A DNA stretch of 64,000 bases from an uncultured Lentisphaerales bacterium (GTDB taxonomy: Bacteria; Verrucomicrobiota; Lentisphaeria; JABSQK01; UBA12247). The notes under the pieces were generated by a model. That model made no database searches, had not been told where the DNA came from, and worked only from the letters and a program-made list of their open reading frames with translations. Position 1 is the stretch's first letter, and every line of letters begins with the position of its first letter. The stretch covers positions 1-64,000 of the forward strand of contig CALSSJ010000020.1 of assembly GCA_943788985.1 (NCBI GenBank), written 5' to 3'. Below, in pieces: positions 8,237-20,262 of the stretch. The position numbers and the translations under genes are program-made.

Positions 8237-8309
8237 GGGTATCATTCTACAGTGAGCGGTACGTAAACCTGCAAGGCTCCAGTATATGCCTAGGCGAATG
8301 GAGCATCAA

Positions 8310-9707
8310 ATGACCATAAATTCGAGTGTGCGCTGGCCAGCTGGGTACTTCGAGGTGTTGGATGAGGCGCAGATCCCGAAGCGGCAGCAGGGGGTTCTAT
8401 GCGCACTGGGTGCGGCAGTTCTTCGCACGTTGCTTGGGGCAGCGGCGTCGACGAGACCTGGGCCGGGCAGAGATCAATGGTTTTTCTGCAGCTTTTGGGC
8501 GAGGACGAGACAACTGCCGACTGGCAGGTCGAACAGGCCCAGGGCGCTCTCGAACTCTACTACGAGCGTTTTCGCGGCATCGCGCTGGCTTCCCGGTCTT
8601 TCACCGCGGTCGCAGTTCCGATCGGTCCACTGCCGGAGAAAGCCGCCGATATTGGCGCCAAGCGCCCGATCCCCAAGCCCCGAGGTGTGACGCCACTCTT
8701 ATCGGTTCCGGCTCCCGTCGCGGCAGTCCCTCCCGCTCGCAAGGCAGATTTGCAAGCCTTAGAGGAGGCAGTAAGAGGGGCGCTGCGTGTCGGGCACTAT
8801 GCCTACGAGACGGAGAAGACCTATGGCTCGTGGATCAAGCGCTTCGTGCGCTATCATGGGGTGCGTCGTCCGTCGGAGATGGGGGAGGCCGAGATTCACC
8901 AGTATCTGAGCCATCTGGCGATCAACGAGCGTGTTGCGGCAACAACGCAGAACCAGGCGCTGAATGCGATCGTGTTTGTCTACAAAAAGGTGCTACAACG
9001 CGACTTGGGTGACTTCAGCGATTTTGCGCGGGCCAAGGTAGGAAAGCGGCTACCAGTCGTGCTGAGTCGGACAGAGGTCCAGGCCGTTTTTGAGCCGCCT
9101 TGATGGCGACGTTGGGCTCCTGGCACGGCTCCTGTACGGAACCGGTATGCGTGTGAGTGAAGGGTTGCGTCTGCGCGTCTGCAATATCTCGTTTGATCGC
9201 AATGAGATTACGGTTCGCGCTGGTAAAGGCAATAAGGATCGCCGGGTGCCATTACCGACGGTGTTGAAGACAAGCCTGGCGTCACATCTGGATACACGTC
9301 GTGCGCTCTTCGAACGGGATCGCGTAACCAACATGCACGAGGTAGAGCTTCCGCTGGCTCTGGCGAAGAAGTACCCGCAGGCGGCCTACAGTTGGGAGTG
9401 GCAGTATGTGTTTCCGGCAGATTCATTCAGTCAGGATCCGCGAAGTGGCCGTACCCGTCGGCATCATATGCACGAGGCCCGCATCCAGCGCGGGGTGAAG
9501 CACGCGGCTAGGGCCGCAGGGCTTACGACTCGGGCGACCCCACACGTGTTGCGCCACTCGTTTGCCACCCATCTCTTGGAAGCGGGACAGGATATTCGTA
9601 CGGTTCAGGAGCTATTGGGCCATAGTGATGTCAAGACAACAATGATCTATACGCATGTGTTGAACTCTGGCCCACTCGGTGTCACTAGCCCGCTGGATAC
9701 ACTCTAA
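8310..9707 (+). CDS. intI: Integron integrase (tyrosine recombinase), ~464 aa once three +1 homopolymer frameshifts are corrected
   Basis: [39 protein letters not shown]; IntI-specific insertion [19 protein letters not shown]; shifts at G-run 8390-8394 and T-runs 8481-8485 and 9087-9091. Confidence 0.93.
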
Positions 9708-9858
9708 CAGCCTGTCGGACTTAGGATGATCGGCTGCAAACCTGAGCGATTTCGATCATTTCTTGCGTAATTTTTGTTAAGTACGCTCTGTCGGGTTTGA
9801 AGCCGGGGGCTGCTCTCTGCGTGCAACATAGTCACAAGTATTGAGTCAATCCTGGCCC

Positions 9859-9887
9859 TTGCCAGGCATAATAGTGAGTGATATAGT
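9859..9887 (+). promoter_or_regulatory. Candidate sigma-70 promoter for the carbohydrate cluster
   Basis: TTGCCA-N17-TATAGT with an extended TG. Confidence 0.45.
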
Positions 9888-10092
9888 TCGATACCTACCA
9901 GCTTACGTCTGCTGTGAACGCACCTTTCGGGAGCCTTGGAACTCGGATGCCCGTCCCGACCTGGTAACGATTGTTTTGATTAATGCCGGAGGCCATGACA
10001 AAGCTGCCAGAAACGAGGCGAGATGCCCACTCATGCTTATCCGTGGTTCGAAGGGTCGGGAAGATCAGAATGTAAAACAAGGGTAGTCATCG

Positions 10093-13000
10093 TTGACACC
10101 GATACGACAGATAGCAGGATGGACGATGATACAGGTAGTGGCACTTTCCCTGATGGGACACGCGGCGACTCTCGATGCCTTGCAGGGCGTCGAGACTCCT
10201 GATATTTCACTGAATGGTGCCTGGCATTTTCAGTTGCCGGCGCCGGTCGGTTTCTGGAAGGAACCAGCCGTATCCGCGGGTTGGAAGGCCATGCCGGTGC
10301 CCGGCGACGTCTTTCGAGGAGGCCACTTGATCAAGGAAGACGAGCCTTTCGCCTACAAGCGCAAGGTGTTGATTCCTGCGGACTACGCAGGTCAGCAGAT
10401 TCGCCTGCGCTTTGAAGGGGCGCATGAATACGCTCGTGTCTGGGTCAACGCCACCTACATCACCGAACATCAGGGCGGCTGGACGCCTTGGGAGTGCGAG
10501 ATTACCGCTGCGGTCACGCCGGGAGAGGAGGCCTGGATCGCGGTGGAACTCACGGATCTCAAGAAGGATATCGCCTTCAATGGCAAGCGGCTGCGGGCCA
10601 TTGGCGGGCTGGTCCGAAGCGTGACCCTGCAGGCCCGCCCGAAAACGATGTTCGAGTTCCCGATTGTCTCGTCGCCGTTCGCCGAGAATGGCCGAGACGC
10701 GACCTTGACTGTGGTCGGGCAGGTGGCCAGCCCCGATCCCCAGGCATCAGCATCGTTCCGGCTGTTTGATCCGGCGGGGCAGGAGGTGAACATCTCGCCA
10801 GCTAGGTGTGTGCTGGATCAGGCCCAGGTCACTTGGACGGCGTTGGTGAAGAGCCCGGAGACCTGGGATGCCGAGCATCCGCGCTTATACCGCTTGGAGA
10901 TCACTAGCAAGGCGCCCAATCAGGCCGAGGCTGTGTATTCGCGACAGATCGGATTGCGGGACATTGGCTTCGATGACAAGAAGAACCTGCTGATCAACGG
11001 CAAGGTGGTGAAACTTCGCGGTGCCAACCGGCACTTGGTGAACCCGCTGCGGGGCTTTGTCCCCGACGAGGAGATTGACCGGCGGGATGCGGAGCTGTTC
11101 AAAGAGGCGAACATGAATTTTGTGCGGACTTCACATTATCCGCCTGGCATTGGCTTTGCCGAGCAGTGTGACCGCTCGGGAATCTACATGATCCTGGAAT
11201 CGGCGGTGTTGGATGTGGGCAAGAAGAACCGCCCGTCGAAGGGGATGCACGACGACCCAAAATACGAGCATCTGTTCGTGAATCAACTGCGCGAGATGGT
11301 GCTCAATTATGGCAGTCACCCGGCGATCATCCTCTGGTCGACCTGCAACGAGAGCCTTTATGGCAAGAATATGCAGGCCTCGTACGACTTTGTGCACGCA
11401 CAGGATCCGACCCGCCCGGTAATCGCCTCGTACCAGGTGGTGGAAGACCCGGAGCATAAGAGCTACGATGTGAAGAGTTCTCATTACCCGCGGTGGGACA
11501 GGGACTACGAAGTCACAACGATGCCGACAATCTACGATGAGTGGATGCATGTGCTGGGGCATACGGCTCACGAGTGGCGGCATGATCCAAACTCCCGTGA
11601 TTACTGGGGGCGAAGCCTTGATGAAGCTTGGAGTCGCCTCTTTCCGGCGAACGGCAGCGTGGGCGCAGCAATCTGGAATTTTGTGGATGATATGACCATT
11701 CAGACGGACCCGACGCAGAAAAGTGCCCGCGGTGCGACCCGACGCATGAACCCGGAGACTGCCAAGCTGGTTGTCACCGGAAATCCCAGCAATATTACGG
11801 GGACCGCCCGTTGGGGAATTATCGACGAGTGGCGGCGGCCGAAGCCGGAATTCTGGAATGTAAAGAAGGCGTATAGCCCCGCTCGTCTGCTGAAAACCGC
11901 GGTGCGCGATGCGGATCCCGCAGCTCCCATTTCATTACCGATTCATAACCGCTACGATCATACTTCACTCGATGAGATTACGCTGGTGATGAGCTATGAG
12001 GGCAAAACGGTGCGGCTACCATGTCCATCGATTCCTCCTCACCAAAAGGGGGCGATCGAACTGCCAGCCGCAGACTGGAAGGCAGGCACGACGGTGGATC
12101 TCTCCTTCGTGGATGCGGCAGGTCGACTGGTTGACCGCTATGTGATTACCTTGGGCGAGGTTGCCGATCCCGTCGCACCGGCAGTGTCTAGAACACCGGA
12201 GGTAACCGAAGAGGATGGGAAAATCTTGGTCCAGGGCGATGCGTTTTGCTTCGTGGTGAACCGTGAAAGCGGCTTGATTCAACGCATCGAACACGATGCA
12301 GAAGTCATGAAACTTACGGGTCCGCTCCCCCATATCGTGAAGCTAGAGGAGTATCTGTATGAAGGAGTGAATCCGGCAATCGGAGCCGGGCTGAAGACCG
12401 TTATGCCCAAAACGGTCAGCTACGACAGCCCTTTGTTCAAGGCGTGGAAAAAAGACATCGATTCGGATTGAAGAAAAGGATCAGTCGGTCGAGATTCATG
12501 TGGCGGGCCGACTGGACGCGATGGAGGTGACCTATATCTACATCCTCGGCGCCAACGGGCGCTTCGATATTGCGTATCACTTCGACAAGATCCCGCCCCT
12601 TGTCGTCGAAAACAAGAAGCGCGACCGGGGTGGGCCACTGAACCTCGAAGTGGGGATCAAGTTTCCTGGCCAGTGATCAATTTGATCGCTCGAGTTGGGA
12701 CAAGCAGGCCTACTGGTCGACCTACCCGGAGGGCCACATCGGCCCGGTCCACTGGCAGCATCGCACTGTTCACAACGGATAAGCCGGAATGGGCGCAGAA
12801 GCCCGACACGCCTTGGGCCCAAGATGTCTGGGACTTCTACTTCATGGGCTGGGGTGTGCCGGGAGGCAAGCTGCTGACCTACGAGGCGTATGCGGCGAAG
12901 CAGGCCATTCGGACCTACACCCTGGAGGATACCAATGCCAGCATGGCGCTAACCGTCTATGGCGATGGGCAAAACCACTACGGCCCGTTTCGGACAGTTC

Positions 13001-13134
13001 AGCGACCAGACCTACTACCTCTACCTCCTCGACACGCTCGACTACCACCTCCGCTGGGGCAACTACAGCGCCGAAATCCGGCCTTCTGCTCAACACCAGG
13101 GCGTGGCCAGACTGGCGCTGAAGAAGGGGGCTGA
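10093..13134 (+). CDS. Glycoside hydrolase family 2 (beta-galactosidase-like); C-terminal part frameshifted
   Basis: LRFEGA, WDAEHPRLY, LRGANRH, NFVRTSHYP, WSTCNE, DEWMH, WGIIDEWRRPKPE. Coding-like sequence continues past the A-run near 12450 (…YPEGHIG…, KPDTPWAQD). Confidence 0.85.
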
Positions 13135-14718
13135 ATGATGATGGGAAGGGGCAAAGGCAAGAAGGAGCATCGTGTTGCAAGCGGGCTCTTCCTCCTCGTT
13201 CTCTGCGGCGCCCTGAGTGCCGGGGCGGAATTGTCGCTCCCCCATGTTTTCAGCGACCACATGGTCCTGCAGCAGGGAAAAGCGGTCAAGGTCTGGGGCT
13301 GGGCGACGCCCGGCCAGGAGGTCACGGTTCAGTTTCGCGGGGCTTCCGCGACGGCCAATGCCGGCGACGCCGGACGATGGGCGCTGCGTATACCATCCGG
13401 TAAAGCTGGCTCGGAGTCCTATCGCCTGCTGATCCGAGCTGGGCCAGGAGGAAATCGCCATTGAGGATATTCTGGTTGGGGAAGTGTGGCTCGCATCCGG
13501 GCAGTCGAACATGGTGTGGAAGCTGCGCCTGTCGCGGAGCCGGAGCGGGCGATCGCCGCCGCTGATCAGCCACTGATCCGGATGTTCCATGCTCCTAACG
13601 TAACGACTGAGCCGCCGCAGGACGATATCGAGGGACAGTGGACGGTTTGCTCGCCAGAGACCGCTGGCGAGTATTCAGCGGTGGCCTATTACTATGCCCG
13701 CAAGCTGCAGCAGGAGTTGAAGGTGCCAGTGGGCGTCATTGTCTCGGCCTGGGGCGGAAAACGCATCGAATCCTTTATCAGCCGTGAAACTCTTGGGGCT
13801 CGAGCTGAAACAAAGCACTTGATGACAGCGCTGCTGCGCCAGGAAAAGACCTATGATCCAGCGAAGGCGCTGGCAGCGTATGGGCAACGGAATGCAGCCT
13901 TTCAGGCTTGGATTGCTGAAGGACGCCCGGCAAACAAACCCCGCCCCATGCCCATGAAACATAAGCCTCAGCGCCCCCTGCTCACCGCCGGGCAACCGGG
14001 GGTGATCTTCAATTCGATGATCCATCCCTTCATCGGCTACGATGTGCAGGGCGCGATCTGGTACCAGGGCGAGTCCAATGCCCATATGAGCCTCTTGCCC
14101 TACGATGTCCTGCTCTCACTGTTGGTGCAGGACTGGCGCGAGCGCTGGGGCTATGATTTCCCGTTCTACTTCGTACAGCTGGCGAACTTCAAGGCGCCGA
14201 CCACGGAACCGGGTATTGAGCACCCGTGGCCCTATGTGCAAGATCGGATGCGCCGGGCCCTGGCGGTCATCTCGCATAGCGGCATGGCGGTGATCAATGA
14301 TGTCGGAGAAGAGAGCAACATTCACCCGAAAGACAAGCAAACGCCAGGCGAGCGCCTTGCCCGCTGGGCCTTGGCGAAGACATATGGAAGAAGCATGATT
14401 CATTCTGGCCCCCTATACGCATCATATCAGCGCCAGGCAGCTGCGTTGAGCGTGCGCTTTAGCTGCGTGGGCACCGGACTGCGATCCCGGGCTGGTACGG
14501 CACTGCAGCGCTTCGAAATCGCCGGCTCGGATGGTGTGTGGCAGTGGGCACAGGCTGAGATTGTCGGCGCCGACCGGGTGAAACTCAGCCACCCGAATAT
14601 TTCCGAACCGGTTGCCGCCCGCTATGCGTGGGCCAGTAATCCGACAGGCGCAAATCTGGTAAACAGCGAGGGCCTGCCCGCGTCCATATTCAGTACCGAG
14701 GACGACAACAAACAATGA
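13135..14718 (+). CDS. Sialate O-acetylesterase (SASA/DUF303) family; one frameshift near 13440
   Basis: [56 protein letters not shown]. Confidence 0.85.
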
Positions 14719-15422
14719 GACCATGCGCTGTAGCCAAGTCGCGCTTCACCCTGATTGAATTACTGGTGGTGATCGTCATTATCGCCATCTTAGCATCTCT
14801 ATTGCTGCCTTCGCTGGCGAAGGCTCGCGCAGCGGGGGCCCGGACGGCTTTTTGCCAGAATAATCTCAAGCAGATTTATCTGGCGCAGGCGCTGTACGTA
14901 AGCGAGAACAATGGGGGACTGGCCTGGACTCGCGTCGACCCAGGCGGGACTGCCCATTCGCAGACATGGATGTGGATGCTGGCGCCCGACCTCGGCCTCG
15001 ACCGTACGGAGGTCTATCCCTGGCGCGACGTCTATGTCGAGGACCTTGGCAGCAATGTCCTGGTCTGCCCCAGCGTCGAGATTGAACCGACCTACGACCG
15101 CCCCACGAACTATCGCGGATCCAAGTGGGCGGGGCATGGCAGGTATTACAACGGGTTTGACACGCCTACACAAACAGCGGCGCACCATGGGGGAGTTCTG
15201 CTGGCAAGGGTGTCAAAGCCAACAGAAGCGATGCTTCTTGGCGAGTCGAGCCAGAATGGCTACATCTACAATGGCGGTCACTTTCAAGATCCTGTCGTTG
15301 ACCGCGTGCATGCCGGTCAGTTGAACCGCCTGTTTGTGGACGGTCATGTCGGCAAGGGCGTTCTGACCAACGACTTGGACTACGTCTACTGGCATCGCTG
15401 GTCATGGTTTGACGGGCAGTGA
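14715..15422 (+). CDS. Prepilin-type N-terminal cleavage/methylation protein with an H-X9-DG C-terminal motif (DUF1559-like)
   Basis: [45 protein letters not shown]. Confidence 0.9.
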   Translation: MRPCAVAKSRFTLIELLVVIVIIAILASLLLPSLAKARAAGARTAFCQNNLKQIYLAQALYVSENNGGLAWTRVDPGGTAHSQTWMWMLAPDLGLDRTEVYPWRDVYVEDLGSNVLVCPSVEIEPTYDRPTNYRGSKWAGHGRYYNGFDTPTQTAAHHGGVLLARVSKPTEAMLLGESSQNGYIYNGGHFQDPVVDRVHAGQLNRLFVDGHVGKGVLTNDLDYVYWHRWSWFDGQ

Positions 15423-15538
15423 GAGACCGCCCGCAGCTTACATCCACCATTTCACACATGGAATTCACCGAGAACACCATGCTCGCATACGGTCGGGCGA
15501 TGGAAAATGAAGCTTTTGTTTCAAGACAGGATACCACA

Positions 15539-15805
15539 ATGGCCATGACTAAAGATCTAAAAGCCCCCAGCCAGCGCCGAACGGTCCTTTTCGGGAAATC
15601 CGAGTACACGTCTCCGACTGATGAATTGGGTCCGCTACGCGACAGCAGTGATGTCGTGGGAGATGCCCTGACGACGTATGAGTACAAGTGGTTGCGCGCC
15701 GTTGGGAATGAGGAATTCACGGGTGCGCACCTGTGGGCACATGACAATGACTTAGCCGAAAACTCTCCCCGGACAGAGCGTATCCATGAATTCATCAATA
15801 TCTGA
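15539..15805 (+). pseudogene. Internally deleted remnant resembling a phytanoyl-CoA dioxygenase family gene
   Basis: LGPLRDSSD joined directly to YEYKWLRAVGNEEFTGAH; far too short for the family. Confidence 0.4.
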
Positions 15806-16340
15806 TAAAATTCCCATCGTAGTTGGGATTCTATTGGCACTCAGTTTCGCATTTATCGGGTTTGTGTTCCTCGCCGTGGGAAGCTACCAATTCCTCCAGG
15901 GAGCGAAGAGTCAGGACTGGCCAGCAACTTCAGGAATCATTGCCCGTTCCGAGGTGAAGTCTACGAGCAGCAGAACCCGTACGTCGAAGCGCCATTCTAA
16001 GAACAAGACCCGCTATAGCGTCAGCGTTGTTTACACGTATCAGGTCGATGGCCAGGACTACGAGAACAACAGGCTGAGCTATGGCGGTAAAAAGTACAAA
16101 GCCCGGCCCCAAGCCGTGGAGGCAATGAAACCCTATAAGAAGGGAGCCAAGGTCGACGTTTTCTATTCCCCAGAAGACCCGGCGAGCAGCGTTCTCGTCA
16201 AGGGGAGTGGGACAGCTGGCGTGGCGATTGGCGTGGGTGCAATCTTGCTCTTGTTGGGCGGGGCAGCATCCATCATCATGATTGTGAGAGTAAGAAGACA
16301 TAGCGAGGGATTGCCCTCATCAGCATTCACCACGGAGTGA
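15786..16340 (+). CDS. DUF3592-like membrane protein
   Basis: TM, then SQDWPATSGII, YTYQVDGQDY, VDVFYSPEDPASSVL, then TM. Confidence 0.8.
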   Translation: MNSSISDKIPIVVGILLALSFAFIGFVFLAVGSYQFLQGAKSQDWPATSGIIARSEVKSTSSRTRTSKRHSKNKTRYSVSVVYTYQVDGQDYENNRLSYGGKKYKARPQAVEAMKPYKKGAKVDVFYSPEDPASSVLVKGSGTAGVAIGVGAILLLLGGAASIIMIVRVRRHSEGLPSSAFTTE

Positions 16341-17911
16341 TAGAATCCAAGATGAAAGCGTCTACCGTCAGTCAGTTGAATCATCTCTTCTCGGGGCTGG
16401 TCATGCTTTTGATCACCTGTTTGTCGGGCTCAGTCTACGCTGATGAGACCGATCACTCAGAGCCGCTGACCAGAAAACCCAATATCGTCATCCTGTTCGC
16501 CGATGACCTGGGCATCACCGACCTCGGATGCTATGGCCAAGAACACGGGAACACCTATCACGAAACGCCTAACATCGACCTGCTGGCCCGGCAGGGGATG
16601 CTGTTCACCAATGCCTACGCGGCAAGCCCGGTGTGCTCGCCTACGCGTGCCAGCATTCTCACAGGGAAATATCCCGCCCGCCTCCGTCTCACCGACTTTC
16701 TGCCAGGGCAGCTCCAGCCCCAATTTCGGGGCGTTACAGCATCACAACCGGAGCAGCAGTTCTTGCCGCCTGGAGAGATCACGGTGGGACAGGCCCTGAA
16801 AGATGGCGGCTATTCCACATGGTTCTTCGGGAAGTGGCATCTGGGCAAAGGGACTCCGGCCGACTTTGGCTTTGAGCAGGAATACGGAGCGCAGCAAAGC
16901 GAGGCGAACCGCTTCTATCCCTTCAAGAAGAAGCAGAAGAACCTCGGTGGTAAAGAGGGCGATACCATCACCGATGTGCTCACACAGAAGGCTGCTGAAC
17001 TCATCCGAGAACAACGGAAACAATGGGACAGCGGCCAGAAACAACCGTTCCTGCTTTACATGTCGTACTACCTGGTGCATATGCCGATCAAAGCCCGTCA
17101 GGAGGCCATCGCTTACTTTGAAGCCAAGAAGAAAACGAAGAAGTGGAAGCGCGCCGACTACGCGGCGATGCTCAAGATCCTCGACGACAATGTCGGGCGA
17201 TTAATGCAGGCGCTCAAAGGCAACGGCTTTGCAGACAATACGGTGGTCGTCTTCTACTCCGACAACGGCGGACACACCTGCACCTCCAATGCCCCCTACA
17301 AAGGATACAAAGGCGGCGTCTATGAGGGAGGAATCAAAGAGCCTCTCATCGTGAGATGGCCCGAACAGATCGTTCCGGGCTCAAAAAGCCCGGAACTGGT
17401 CAACACGCCCGATCTCTACCCCACCATGCTGCAGCTCGCGGGATTGCCGCTCAAGCCCAAACAGCACATGGATGGCCAAAGCTTCTATGACGCGCTCACA
17501 GGCAAAGGGATTGATGCGGACAAGGCGATATTCTGGCACCACCCGCACTACAGGGACAATGCCCCCAGCGTACCTGCCAGCGTTGTGCGTAAGGGCAGCT
17601 TTAAGCTCATCAGGCACTATGACAGCGGTTCGACCGAGTTGTTCAACCTCAAGGACGACACCTCCGAGACGCAAAATATCAGCCAATCCAAGCCAGAGGT
17701 AACGCAGGAGTTGAATGCGCTACTGGATGCCTGGCTTCATGAGGTGGCTGCTGTCATCCCGCAGAAAAACCCTAATTGCGATCCCGAGAAAGCGAAGCAC
17801 GAACTGTGGGGAGGCCCTGGAGAGGTTGCTCGGAGGAAAGCAAAGCTGTGGAGAAAGGCTCAAGCGCCCCATTCCAATGAACCGCAAACAAAGGCAAGCA
17901 GCCAACGATGA
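16337..17911 (+). CDS. Formylglycine-dependent sulfatase (family S1), secreted
   Basis: [42 protein letters not shown]. Confidence 0.93.
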   Translation: MIESKMKASTVSQLNHLFSGLVMLLITCLSGSVYADETDHSEPLTRKPNIVILFADDLGITDLGCYGQEHGNTYHETPNIDLLARQGMLFTNAYAASPVCSPTRASILTGKYPARLRLTDFLPGQLQPQFRGVTASQPEQQFLPPGEITVGQALKDGGYSTWFFGKWHLGKGTPADFGFEQEYGAQQSEANRFYPFKKKQKNLGGKEGDTITDVLTQKAAELIREQRKQWDSGQKQPFLLYMSYYLVHMPIKARQEAIAYFEAKKKTKKWKRADYAAMLKILDDNVGRLMQALKGNGFADNTVVVFYSDNGGHTCTSNAPYKGYKGGVYEGGIKEPLIVRWPEQIVPGSKSPELVNTPDLYPTMLQLAGLPLKPKQHMDGQSFYDALTGKGIDADKAIFWHHPHYRDNAPSVPASVVRKGSFKLIRHYDSGSTELFNLKDDTSETQNISQSKPEVTQELNALLDAWLHEVAAVIPQKNPNCDPEKAKHELWGGPGEVARRKAKLWRKAQAPHSNEPQTKASSQR

Positions 17912-18395
17912 AAAGACTCATTCCACTCAATCTCGTGGTACTTATCACCCTGTTGTCCACTTTGTCCCTGGCGAACGACAAACCGAACATCATTGTCATT
18001 ACGGCGGACGACTTGGGCTATGGGGATGTCGGCTGTTATGGCGCCAAGCCAGAAAACATCAAGACCCCGCACATCGACCGGCTCGCTGCTGAAGGCCTCC
18101 GTTTCACCAGCGCCTATACTGCTCTGCCTCCACCTGCCCCCCGAGCCATTGTGCTTTATTGCCGGGTACCCATGCCTTCCGCGTGGAAGGCTCAGGGATC
18201 GCAGAGCCGAACTCTCCCGCCTTGATTCGACCCGATGTCGTAACGCTGCCGAATCTACTCCAAAATGCGGGCGACAAAACTGCCGTCTTTGGGAAATGGC
18301 ACCTTGGTTTGGGAGACGAGAAAACGAACTGGAATAGGGAGCTTAAGCCGGGCCCACGGGACGCAGCCAGGACAATGGGAGTACGGGAACTCTAA
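17908..18395 (+). pseudogene. Sulfatase remnant (N-terminal part only, frameshifted)
   Basis: [29 protein letters not shown]; degenerate CxPxR; ends abruptly. Confidence 0.8.
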
Positions 18396-18575
18396 GCTCC
18401 TTTGGCTATCGCTCCGGTGCGCTGATGTAGCGCTCTATAGAACCACAACAAAGGGCTTCACCCGTACACGAGCCCCATGGAGAGTCTCGGGCCGGTCAGC
18501 CCAATCATTCGCGAACATGAGAAAGGAAACATCGATATGGACAAACAAGGCAGAGGAAGTGGCGGTTTGAGAGAC

Positions 18576-19229
18576 ATGCCCGCATATAGGTCTCAGCTGG
18601 GGATATTGGTCAGCACGATCATTTGGTGTGTTTTCATTACGGTTTCGCTCTACGCAGAAACAACGCCGAATATCTTTTTGATCTACGCGGATGATCAGGG
18701 CTGGAAGGATATCGGCTATCAGTCCAACGGCGCGTTCAAGACACCGGTGCTCGGCAAGATGCCAAGCGAGGGCATGGTCTTTTCCGTTGCCTATGCTAAC
18801 GCGGCCAATTGCCAGCCGGCTCGTGCCTGCCTGTTGTCTGGAAACTACACCGTACGCCACCACGTTTTTGCGGTCAACAAAACGGATAGAGGCCCCAAGG
18901 CCATGAGGCGCTTGGTACCGATACCGAATCGCGATGGGCTGGTAGAAGACGACGTCACCATTGCCGATGCACTCAAAGCGGCTGGCTACGCAACCGGTCA
19001 TTTCGGCAAGTGGTATCTCGACACCAAGAACGGTGCCGGTGGTGGTGGGGCTCTGCCAAGCCGACAGGGCTTCGAAGATAAGACCGCAGCACCCGAATGC
19101 GAAATCGAGCTGTATGAGCTGGAATCCGATCCGGGTGAGACTACTAATCTCGCCGGTAAGTATCCTGAAGTGGTTGAACGTATGGCGCGCTCCATGGCGG
19201 AAGCGCGCACGCCCATGACGAAGAGATAA
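18576..19229 (+). pseudogene. Sulfatase with a large internal deletion
   Basis: PNIFLIYADDQG, CQPAR and GKWYL are fused directly to the C-terminal ELYELESDPGETTNLA. Confidence 0.8.
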
Positions 19230-19299
19230 CCAATGAACCTGCTCAAGCGAGCGAGGCTGAACACGAAAGGACCGACAGCGAGAAGTAGGTAAGACTTGA

Positions 19300-20262
19300 A
19301 TGAATCATGACACAAAACCAAGTGGAAAGGTCGTCATAGCCGGAGGCTCTGGCTTTCTTGGTTCCCGGCTTGCGCAGTATCTTGTGGAGATGGGCTGCGA
19401 GGTGGTCGTTCTGTCGAGACAGGGTGCGAAGCCTAATGCATCCTGGGAGCATGCGAAATGGGATGGCCGCACCTTGGGTCCATGGACGAAGCACCTCGAC
19501 GGGGCAGGCGCTCTGGTGAACCTGGCGGGACGGACGGTTGACTGCATCAAGACGCCGGATCATTGCGATGAAATCCTCCGCTCACGGGTGGAATCCACGC
19601 GGGTTCTGGGCCTGGCTGTGCGCCGTGTTGCGAAGCCCCCACCGGTCTGGGTGCAGATGGCGACAGCGCATATTGTTGGGGATCCCCCGACCGCGGTCTG
19701 CGATGAAGATTCACCGCCAGGATACGGCCTCGCGCCATTTGTCGGCAAGGCCTGGGAGCAAGCCTGCCGAGAGGCCATCCTGCCTGACATGCGACTGGTG
19801 ATTCTGCGCACCAGCTTCGTGCTCGGTCGCAACGGGGGCGCCATGAAACGACTCGAGAAAATGGCAAGATGGGGCCTCGGCGGTACCATTGGCACCGGGA
19901 AACAAGGCATGAGTTGGATTCATGAACTGGACATGAATCGCCTTCTCGCGCGCGCGATTTCGGATGCCAGCATGCAGGGCGTTTACGTTGCGACCGCTCC
20001 GACCCCAGTCTCAAACCAAGAGTTTATGCGTGAGTTACGCAGCGCCCTACACCAGCCAATTGGCCTACCAGCAACGGAATGGATGGTACGGATTGGGGCC
20101 AGAGTGTTCCTAAGAACAGACCCGGAGCTGGCGTTGTACGGACGATACTGCGTCTCACGCCGGCTCAATGAGGAAGGATTCTCTTTCCAATTCCCAGAGC
20201 TTGGCTCCGCTCTGTGTGATATTTTTACTCCAACAACCCAACGGCCCCAGAAAAAGGAATGA
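19300..20262 (+). CDS. NAD-dependent epimerase family protein, TIGR01777/YfcH-like
   Basis: [43 protein letters not shown]. Confidence 0.88.
   Translation: MNHDTKPSGKVVIAGGSGFLGSRLAQYLVEMGCEVVVLSRQGAKPNASWEHAKWDGRTLGPWTKHLDGAGALVNLAGRTVDCIKTPDHCDEILRSRVESTRVLGLAVRRVAKPPPVWVQMATAHIVGDPPTAVCDEDSPPGYGLAPFVGKAWEQACREAILPDMRLVILRTSFVLGRNGGAMKRLEKMARWGLGGTIGTGKQGMSWIHELDMNRLLARAISDASMQGVYVATAPTPVSNQEFMRELRSALHQPIGLPATEWMVRIGARVFLRTDPELALYGRYCVSRRLNEEGFSFQFPELGSALCDIFTPTTQRPQKKE

Noticed and set aside
8136..8309. LexA/SOS box at the intI promoter
   Set aside because: No CTGT-N8-ACAG or TGTTC-N4-GAACA found; CTGCATATGTATTAGC is too degenerate.
9702..9782. Possible attC downstream of intI (CTCTAAC...GTTAAGT)
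   Set aside because: The L boxes do not pair at the required spacing and the cores are not complementary.
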